Shown piece after piece: positions 57,400-64,000 of a stretch of DNA of 64,000 bases. The notes under the pieces were generated by a model. It saw only the letters and a program-made list of their open reading frames with translations. It was not told the origin of the DNA and searched no databases. Source of the DNA: an uncultured delta proteobacterium (GTDB lineage Bacteria; Myxococcota; Myxococcia; Myxococcales; Anaeromyxobacteraceae); assembly GCA_963814585.1 (NCBI GenBank), contig CAWFDF010000014.1, positions 96,001 through 160,000 of the forward strand, read 5' to 3'. The stretch's first letter is position 1. Each line of letters opens with the position of its first letter. A program made the position numbers and the translations under genes.

Positions 57400-58183
57400 C
57401 GACGTATCCCCTCTGGCCTGCCGCCCGATCCAGCTCCACCGGCCCGGCGGCCCGGAGCGTCCCGTCGTGCCCGAGGACGTGGGCCCGGAACCCGCGCTCG
57501 GCGAACCAGGTCCGGAGGGTCGCCGCGGCGAAGCCCTGCGCTCGCATCGCCTCCGGAGCATACTCGACCGCCACCGCCACTCCAGGGTTGGCCTCGACCA
57601 GGCCGATCATGCCGCGGCAGACCTCCGACTCGTAGCCCTGGACGTCGATCTTGACGAAGGCGATGCGATCGAGCCCGGCCGATCGCGCGTACCCGTCGAG
57701 GGTGATCATCGGGACCGCCTGGTGGGCCGACGCCAGCCCCTCGCCCAGCTCCCTCGCCAGCACCTCGGTCAGCACCCGGTGGTCGGCGTGGTGGGCCCGG
57801 TTGATCCAGAGGACGGCATCCCCCTCGACGGCGCCCACCGCGGCGCGGACCGGGATGACCCGCCCCGCCAGCCGCGACCTCTCCACCACCTCGCCGAGCA
57901 TCGCGAAGTTGAGCCGCTCGGGCTCGAACGCGTGGACCTGGCGCCCGGCGTCCACCGCCGCCGAGAAGACCGCCGCGGTGTAGCCGACGTTGGCGCCGAC
58001 ATCGAGCACGTGGCCCCCGCGGAAGAGCCCGGGGTGGCGCCTGACCAGGGCCGCGAAGGGGTCCTCGAGCCAGCGCTTGTAGAGGAAGTAGCTGCCGACG
58101 AAGACCCGCCGTCCCAGCGCCGAGTCGAGCACGCGTGGGCCCACCGCCTGGTACACGCCGAGGAGGATCCTCTGGAGGCGCAC
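57368..58183 (-). CDS. FkbM-family methyltransferase
   Basis: LDVGANVG, HAFEP, ITLD, KIDVQGYE. Confidence 0.9.
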   Translation of the reverse strand: MRLQRILLGVYQAVGPRVLDSALGRRVFVGSYFLYKRWLEDPFAALVRRHPGLFRGGHVLDVGANVGYTAAVFSAAVDAGRQVHAFEPERLNFAMLGEVVERSRLAGRVIPVRAAVGAVEGDAVLWINRAHHADHRVLTEVLARELGEGLASAHQAVPMITLDGYARSAGLDRIAFVKIDVQGYESEVCRGMIGLVEANPGVAVAVEYAPEAMRAQGFAAATLRTWFAERGFRAHVLGHDGTLRAAGPVELDRAAGQRGYVDVVFTRTALV

Positions 58184-58191
58184 GGGACCCT

Positions 58192-59667
58192 CTACCTCAG
58201 CTTCAGCTTCACGAGCGCGAGGGCGCTCATCTTGAGCAGCAGCAGGCCGTGGCGGAAGCGCTCGATCTTCACCTCGCCGTAGGTCCGCTCGCGGTACCGG
58301 ACCGGCACCTCGACGATGCGCAGGTTCTGCTTGGTGGCGCCGAAGAGCAGGTCGAAGTCGCCGAACGGGTCGAAGTCGCCGAAGAAGGCCCGGCCGGCCA
58401 CGATCTTCTGGTAGTCGGCCTTGAAGAGCACCTTGGTCCCGCAGAGCGTGTCGCGCAGCCGCTGGCCGCAGAGCCAGGTGAAGAGCGCGCCGAAGAACCG
58501 GTTGGCGAGCTTGTTGAGGAACCGCATGGCGTCCTTCTCCATGGGGTAGACCAGCCGGGTCCCGTTGATGAACTCGCCCCGCCCCTCCACCAGGGCCCGG
58601 AGGAACTTGGGGAGGTCCTCGGGCGGCACCGTCAGGTCCGAGTCGAGGATCATCAGCACCTCGCCGGTCGCCGCCGCGAAGCCCTTGCGGACCGCGTCAC
58701 CCTTGCCGAGCCTCAGCATCCTGCCGTGCCCGGCGCCGTCCGCCGAGCCGGGCGGCACCTGGTGGAGCAGCTTGACGTCGCGGCGGCCCCGGAACTCCTC
58801 GATGACCCGCTCGATCTCCTCGACGGTGCCGTCGCTGGAGTTGCCGTCGACGAAGAGCAGCTCGGTGTGCGAGCCCATCTCGGGCGTCCGCTCCACCGCG
58901 GCCCGGATGTTGCCGCGCTCGTTGCGGGTCGGGATGATGACGCTCACCGTCGGCTCGAGCGCCGGCGCCGGGGGATTGGCCTTGGGGCGGGCCACCAGGT
59001 AGACGCCCAGGCAGAGCCGGCGGACCAGCGGCAGCGTGGCCACGAAGCGGTTGAGGAAGGTGGAGAGGAGCGGCACCTCCCTGGGGAAGAGGAGCCGCTG
59101 GCCGCGGGTGACGATCTCGAACCCGTTCAGCTCCAGCAGCCTGGCGATGTCCTCCAGGGTGAGCCAGTTCTGGTGATCCTGCGGCGTCTTCAGGCCGAGA
59201 GCCTCCCCGAGCCGCAGCACGGGCTCCCAGAGCGGGTTGAAGTAGGTGATGACCAGGCGTGACCGCGAGGTGGTCACCCGCCGCAACGAACGGAAGGCGG
59301 CCCAGATGTCGGTCAGCTCGCCGATCAGGTCGGAGGCCACCACGTAGTCGAAGGTCTCCGCCGTCTCGAGCGCCTCGGCGTCGTCGACGCGGAACTCGAG
59401 GCCGGGGTGGCTCGCCGCCGGGAAGCGCTGGCGCGCGACGCGCACCATCTCCGCCGAGAAGTCCACGCCCAGGCCGCGCGCCGGCTGCAGCGCCGCCAGC
59501 AGGTCGCCGGTGCCACAGCCGACCTCGAGGACCGACGCGCCCGGGGGCACGATGAACGAGACCATCGCCTTGAGGTCGTCGTGGTAGTAGCGGTTCCGGG
59601 CGATCCAGCGCGGCCGATCGGCGGCCAGGTGATCGAAGTGGGCCCGCTTCTCCGCCTTGGTCCTCAC
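58192..59667 (-). CDS. Fused SAM-methyltransferase-like + GT2 glycosyltransferase
   Basis: VLEVGCGTGD N-domain; IIPTRNE, VDGNSSDGT, GKGDAV, LDSDL, DTLCGTK, DPFGDFDLL. Confidence 0.88.
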   Translation of the reverse strand: MRTKAEKRAHFDHLAADRPRWIARNRYYHDDLKAMVSFIVPPGASVLEVGCGTGDLLAALQPARGLGVDFSAEMVRVARQRFPAASHPGLEFRVDDAEALETAETFDYVVASDLIGELTDIWAAFRSLRRVTTSRSRLVITYFNPLWEPVLRLGEALGLKTPQDHQNWLTLEDIARLLELNGFEIVTRGQRLLFPREVPLLSTFLNRFVATLPLVRRLCLGVYLVARPKANPPAPALEPTVSVIIPTRNERGNIRAAVERTPEMGSHTELLFVDGNSSDGTVEEIERVIEEFRGRRDVKLLHQVPPGSADGAGHGRMLRLGKGDAVRKGFAAATGEVLMILDSDLTVPPEDLPKFLRALVEGRGEFINGTRLVYPMEKDAMRFLNKLANRFFGALFTWLCGQRLRDTLCGTKVLFKADYQKIVAGRAFFGDFDPFGDFDLLFGATKQNLRIVEVPVRYRERTYGEVKIERFRHGLLLLKMSALALVKLKLR

Positions 59668-60386
59668 CGCGCCTCCTCGCCGCGGACGTGGACGTAGGTC
59701 CAGGTCACTCTCGGCATGACCAGGCCTGCCAGCCGCTCGGCCCCGTCGACGGCGCGGCGCAGCCAGGCGTGACGGGCCCCACCGCCGTGGCCGAGGCGAG
59801 GATGGAAGACCAGCCGGTGGAGCGGCAGCGGCTGGTGGTAGGTCAAGGTGCACCGGGCGAAGTGACGCCCGACCAGGCGCCGGAGGAAGGCCGGCGAGGA
59901 GCGGAGCTCGCCGCGCTCGGCCGGCTGGAGGACGGCCTGGGCCAGGATCAGCGGGTTGTAGCGGCAGGGCTCGAGGACGTCGAGCCGCCCGCCCGGGGCC
60001 AGCACCCGGCGGCACTCCGCCAGCAGCCCCTCGGCGTCCGGGACGTGGTGGATGACGTCGCGCACCAGGACCTGGTCGAAGCGGCCCCCGGTGAAGGGGA
60101 GCGCCGTGGCCGAGCCGGCGACGACGTGGGCCCGGACCTGGCTGCGAGCGAAGGCCAGCTTGGCCGGGAAGACGTCCACGCCGACGGCCCCGGCCGGATC
60201 GCCCAGATGCCGGAGCGTGGCCCCCTCGCCGCAGCCGAGATCGAGCACGAGGCGACCCAGCGGGAGGAACGCGGCGCTCACCAGCGCCCGCTCGGCGTCG
60301 GCCACCACCAGGGCCTCGGTCTGCCACCGGAAGTGCTCGGGTGCGGCCGCACCGAAGGCATCGACCAGGTGGCAATCCGTCATCAT
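59664..60386 (-). CDS. Class I SAM-dependent methyltransferase
   Basis: VLDLGCGEG, LPF, DVIHH, RVLAPGG. Confidence 0.88.
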   Translation of the reverse strand: MMTDCHLVDAFGAAAPEHFRWQTEALVVADAERALVSAAFLPLGRLVLDLGCGEGATLRHLGDPAGAVGVDVFPAKLAFARSQVRAHVVAGSATALPFTGGRFDQVLVRDVIHHVPDAEGLLAECRRVLAPGGRLDVLEPCRYNPLILAQAVLQPAERGELRSSPAFLRRLVGRHFARCTLTYHQPLPLHRLVFHPRLGHGGGARHAWLRRAVDGAERLAGLVMPRVTWTYVHVRGEEAR

Positions 60387-60397
60387 GGCGGGGTTCG

Positions 60398-60426
60398 CGA
60401 ATACGATGCCCCCCCGGGGGTGTCAA
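60398..60426 (-). promoter_or_regulatory. Sigma70-type promoter of the methyl/glycosyltransferase island
   Basis: TTGACA-17 bp (C5 G7 CATCG)-TATTCG, 11 nt before the ATG. Confidence 0.55.
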
Positions 60427-60461
60427 GGCGCTCGCCGGCCCTCCACCGGCCTGGAAGCGAG

Positions 60462-60489
60462 ACGCGCCGGCCCTCTCGGACCGGCGCGC
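60462..60489 (-). terminator. Hairpin downstream of rplC
   Basis: GCGCGCCGGTCC-GAGA-GGGCCGGCGCGT (GNRA loop), weak tail. Confidence 0.5.
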
Positions 60490-60515
60490 CGGTGCGGCGT
60501 GCCTGGGGCCGAGGC

Positions 60516-61226
60516 CTAGACCTTCGGCTTGGAGCGCTCGCGGACCGCCTGCTTCTGCTTGGCGCGGGGCTGCCCCTTCGCCGCGGTGCCCACGAAGAGC
60601 AGGCCGTCGGCGTGGCCCGGCACGGCGCCGGTCACCAGCAGGAGGTTCCTGTCCGGCTCGATCCCCTCGACGAAGAGGTTCTGGACGGTCTGGACGTCGA
60701 CGCCGTAGTGGCCGGGGAGGTGCTTGCCCTTCCACACCTTGCCGGGCGTCTTGCGCTGGCCGATGGCGCCCGGGTGACGGTGGTGCTCGTGCGCCGTGGA
60801 GCTGTCGCGGGCGGCGCCCTTCATCCCCCAGCGCTTGAACACGCCGGCGAAGCCGCGTCCCTTGGTGACGCCGGTGACGTCGACCCGCTGGTTCAGCTTG
60901 AAGACCTTGTCGACGGTGAGGACGTCGCCGGCCTTCAGATCGCCGAGCAGCGCGGCGTCCTTGACCCGGACCTCCTGGAGGTGGCGGAACAGGCCGGTGC
61001 CGGCCTTCTTGAAGACGCCGATCTCCCCCTTGGAGAGCCGGTGGGCGTGCTTCTCGTCGACGGCACCGAAGCCGAGGACGACGGCGTCGTAGCCGTCCTT
61101 CTCCCTGGACTTGCGCCGGATGACCGTGCAGGGACCAACCTCGAGGACCGTGACCGCCTTGCAGTCGCCCTCGTCGGTGAAGATCTGCGTCATCCCCACC
61201 TTCTTCGCCAAGAGTCCAGTCGCCAT
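60516..61226 (-). CDS. rplC: 50S ribosomal protein L3 (stand-alone)
   Basis: KKVGMTQIF, DGYDAV, VDVTGVTKGRGFAG, PGAIGQ, VTGAVPG. Confidence 0.96.
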   Translation of the reverse strand: MATGLLAKKVGMTQIFTDEGDCKAVTVLEVGPCTVIRRKSREKDGYDAVVLGFGAVDEKHAHRLSKGEIGVFKKAGTGLFRHLQEVRVKDAALLGDLKAGDVLTVDKVFKLNQRVDVTGVTKGRGFAGVFKRWGMKGAARDSSTAHEHHRHPGAIGQRKTPGKVWKGKHLPGHYGVDVQTVQNLFVEGIEPDRNLLLVTGAVPGHADGLLFVGTAAKGQPRAKQKQAVRERSKPKV

Positions 61227-61297
61227 GTGCATGACCTCGCATTGGTCCGCCGTGCGTCGCCATCGACCACGGAGGACGTGCCGTTGTGAGGGCGCGG

Positions 61298-61326
61298 GTT
61301 CTACGGGTTCCGCAAGTACCTGTCAA
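61298..61326 (-). promoter_or_regulatory. Sigma70-type promoter of rplC
   Basis: TTGACA-17 bp-TAGAAC, then CCGCGCCCTCA. Confidence 0.7.
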
Positions 61327-62006
61327 GTGGCCGGAAACACGAGGAGGTACCCGTCTCCGTCGGCGGTCAGGGCTCCGCCGTGCGCCTCGGCCACCCGCCT
61401 CGCCACGGGCAGCGCCAGCGCCCGTCCGCCCGGGTCCGAGGGCGCCCCCTTGACCGGGTCTTCCAGGCGCTCCACCGGCGCCCCCCTGATCGCCAGCCGG
61501 ACCATCCCGTCCGAGACCCCAGCGACCATCCGGACCACCGTGCCCCCTCGCCCGGCCACCGCCACCACCCCCTCGATCGCCCGCTCGAGGAGCGCGCGAT
61601 CGCCCCGCCCTTCCAGTCCGGGCGGCACCTGGATCTCCGGGCCCGGCGCCAGCTCGAGCCGACGAGCCACCGCCGCGAGCAACCCCTCGACGCTCACCGG
61701 CCCGGGCCGGAGCGGATAGCCGCCGGCATCGAGCCGCTCGCAGAGCAGGTGGTCTTCCAGGAGCACCTGCAGCCGTCCCAGGGCCCGGGCGGCCAGCCCG
61801 GCCAGCTTGAGCCCACGCTCGCCCGCACGCTCCTCCGGCGCGAGACGGCTCAGCAGCTCGGCGCTCCAGAGGGCGGTGGACATGGGGTTTCGGAGCTCAT
61901 GGGCCACGAAGCCGAGGTGGCCGGCCCGGTCGACGCCACCATCCCCGGCCGTGCGCTTCGACCTCACCTCGGCGGCTGGAGCGGCTGGCTTTCGTTCCTC
62001 GGACAC
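61323..62006 (-). CDS. HisKA protein with degenerate ATPase domain (pseudokinase/phosphotransferase)
   Basis: H-box VAHELRNPM; N/G1/G2 boxes eroded; AEAHGG; GGAGGT SD before GTG. Confidence 0.75.
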   Translation of the reverse strand: MSEERKPAAPAAEVRSKRTAGDGGVDRAGHLGFVAHELRNPMSTALWSAELLSRLAPEERAGERGLKLAGLAARALGRLQVLLEDHLLCERLDAGGYPLRPGPVSVEGLLAAVARRLELAPGPEIQVPPGLEGRGDRALLERAIEGVVAVAGRGGTVVRMVAGVSDGMVRLAIRGAPVERLEDPVKGAPSDPGGRALALPVARRVAEAHGGALTADGDGYLLVFPAT

Positions 62007-62298
62007 CGAACCTCCGGAATGGCGCTGGAAGTCTAGCCTTTTTGCGGCCGGGCGATCGCCTTCGCCTGGCTGGACGACCGGCCGCAGGGTTCGCCAGGTG
62101 GGTCGGCGAGCCCCATGGGCCCCCGATATGTCAGCCCTCCCCGGGCTGGCGACGGGCGTCGGACGGACCCTCCCCCAGGCGCCGTCTCCTCGGGCCCTCG
62201 CTGCATCCCATCGGGGTTGCGAACGATTTCGCTGCCCCCTTGGAATGCCCCTCGCAGGTGACCGCTCCGAGGCGGCCGTTCCGCAAGTGCTCCTCCTG

Positions 62299-62314
62299 GG
62301 GCATGGCCCTTGCT
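62299..62314 (+). promoter_or_regulatory. Sigma54 -24/-12 promoter
   Basis: GGGCATGGCCCTTGCT: GG-N10-GC, close to TGGCACG-N4-TTGC(A/T). Confidence 0.75.
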
Positions 62315-62358
62315 CAGCCCTCCATGGCCCAGGTGGCGGGGCGCGTCCGGGAGAGTCG

Positions 62359-63213
62359 ATGAGGAGCAGGGACCAGCAGGCCGATCGCACGCCGCTCGAC
62401 GCCTACCTCGCCGAGATCAGGCGCATCCCCCTCCTCACCATCGACGAGGAGCGCCAGCTGGCCCGGCGCTTCCGCGATGGCGACGCCCGGGCCGGGCATC
62501 GGCTGGTGGAGGCCAACCTTCGTTTCGTGGTCAAGGTCGCCTTCGAGTACCGCGCCTACGGCCTGCGCATGCCCGACCTCATCCAGGAAGGGAACATCGG
62601 GCTGCTGCGAGCGGTGGAGAAGTTCGACCCGGACCGGCAGATCCGGCTCATCTCCTATGCCGTCTGGTGGATCCGGGCCTACGTCCAGAACCACATCCTC
62701 CGCTCCTGGTCGCTGGTGAGGCTCGGGACCACCCAGGCGCAGCGCAAGCTCTTCTTCTCGCTGGCGCGCACCCGCCACGAGCTGGAGCGGGCCAGCGACG
62801 AGCCGAGCGACAGCGGCCAGATCGCCCGCTCGCTCTCGGTCAAGCCTTCCGAGGTGGAGGAGATGTCGATCCGGCTCGAGGGCCGGGACCAGTCGCTCGA
62901 TCGGCCCGTCGGCGACGAGGGCGCCTCCACCCTGGGAAGCTGGCTCGCCGCCGACGCCCCTTCGGCCCACGAGGAGCTGGCCACCGCCGAGCTGCGGCAG
63001 CGGGTCGGGGCCGGCGTGCAGGCGGCGCTGGCCCGGCTGGGCGAGCGGGAGCGCTTCATCGTCGAGCAGCGGATGATCGCCGAGCCGCCCATGTCGCTGC
63101 GCGAGCTGGGACAGCACTTCGGCTTCTCGCGCGAGCGGGCCCGCCAGCTGGAGCTGCGGGCCACCGAGAGGTTGCGGATGGAGCTGGCCGAGCTGGCGGC
63201 CGAGGCCGCCTGA
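62359..63213 (+). CDS. RpoH (sigma32)-family RNA polymerase sigma factor
   Basis: ANLRFVVK, DLIQEGNIGL, SYAVWWIRA, RpoH box QRKLFF, SRERARQLE. Confidence 0.93.
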   Translation: MRSRDQQADRTPLDAYLAEIRRIPLLTIDEERQLARRFRDGDARAGHRLVEANLRFVVKVAFEYRAYGLRMPDLIQEGNIGLLRAVEKFDPDRQIRLISYAVWWIRAYVQNHILRSWSLVRLGTTQAQRKLFFSLARTRHELERASDEPSDSGQIARSLSVKPSEVEEMSIRLEGRDQSLDRPVGDEGASTLGSWLAADAPSAHEELATAELRQRVGAGVQAALARLGERERFIVEQRMIAEPPMSLRELGQHFGFSRERARQLELRATERLRMELAELAAEAA

Positions 63214-63220
63214 CGCCGGC

Positions 63221-64000
63221 CTACTCCATCCCGTGCTTCTTGAGGCGGTAGCGGAGCGTGTCGCGAGACACGCCGAGCAGCCGCGCCGCCTTCGACTGGT
63301 TCCCTCCGGCGCGCTCCATGGCCTCGGCGATGAGCCGCCGCTCCACGTCGTCCAGCACCAGCCCCTGCTCCTCCACCACCGGCACCAGCCGCCGGGGCCT
63401 GGGCGACGCCACCTGGCGCAGCTCCGGCGTCAGGTGCTCCGGGCGGATCTCGTCGGCGCCGGCGTGGAGGATGAAGGCGCGCTCGATGACGTTTCGCAGC
63501 TCGCGCACGTTGCCGGGCCAGTGGTAGGCCCGCAGCTGCTCCATGGCCGGGGGCGAGACCCCCAGCACCTGCCGCTTCTGCTCCTGGTTGAAGCGGGCGA
63601 TGAAGTGGGCGGCCAGCGCCGGCACGTCGTCGAGGTGCTCGCGAAGCGAGGGGACCACGACCCGCACCACGTTGAGCCGGAAGAAGAGGTCGGCGCGGAA
63701 CCGGCCCTCGCTCACCCGCTCCTCGAGGTTGACGTTGGTGGCGGCGATGACGCGGATGTTGGCGCGCAGCTCGGTGACGCCGCCGACCCGGCGGAAGGTC
63801 TTGTTCTCCAGCAGCCGCAGCAGCTTGGCCTGGCCGCCGGGCGGGAGGTCGCCGATCTCGTCGAGCATGACCGCGCCGCCCTCGGCGGTCTCGAAGAGGC
63901 CGCGCTTCTGGGTGTGGGCGTCGGTGAAGGCCCCGCGCTCGTGGCCGAACAGCTCGCTCTCCAGCAGGTGCTCGGGCAGCGCCGCGCAGTTGACCTGCAG
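63221..64000 (-). CDS. Sigma54-dependent enhancer-binding activator (NtrC family), 5' end beyond window
   Basis: [37 protein letters not shown], Fis-type HTH. Confidence 0.95.
   Translation of the reverse strand: MQVNCAALPEHLLESELFGHERGAFTDAHTQKRGLFETAEGGAVMLDEIGDLPPGGQAKLLRLLENKTFRRVGGVTELRANIRVIAATNVNLEERVSEGRFRADLFFRLNVVRVVVPSLREHLDDVPALAAHFIARFNQEQKRQVLGVSPPAMEQLRAYHWPGNVRELRNVIERAFILHAGADEIRPEHLTPELRQVASPRPRRLVPVVEEQGLVLDDVERRLIAEAMERAGGNQSKAARLLGVSRDTLRYRLKKHGME

Overview
Very high-GC (~70%+) core-chromosome window from a Myxococcota-like bacterium (Anaeromyxobacter-like gene content; taxon inferred, not proven), mostly on the minus strand. 1-14 kb holds the str/S10/spc ribosomal-protein cluster (rpsL..secY). 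It carries many single-base frameshifts in its first ~10.7 kb, best explained as assembly errors, and it lacks rplC, which sits alone at ~60.5-61.2 kb with its own promoter. Then follow mutY, an Fe/Mn SOD, mtgA, an RHH-uxs-galE operon, envelope lipoproteins, korAB, a queD/divergent folE/SDR/FAD-oxidase operon, and ihfA-pheTS-rplT-rpmI-infC. A leuACDB-ilvBHC block is inserted between thrS and infC and is preceded by a Leu-Leu leader peptide. After tRNA-Val come an LPP20/FlgT-like/FecR/PgsA-like envelope operon with a class II CRP-type promoter, a glyoxalase pair, typA, a 7-gene methyltransferase/glycosyltransferase island, a degenerate histidine kinase, and an RpoH-family sigma factor with a sigma54 promoter facing an NtrC-type activator. 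No CRISPR array, transposase or phage genes were recognised. All family calls come from motif recognition by eye, without database searches.
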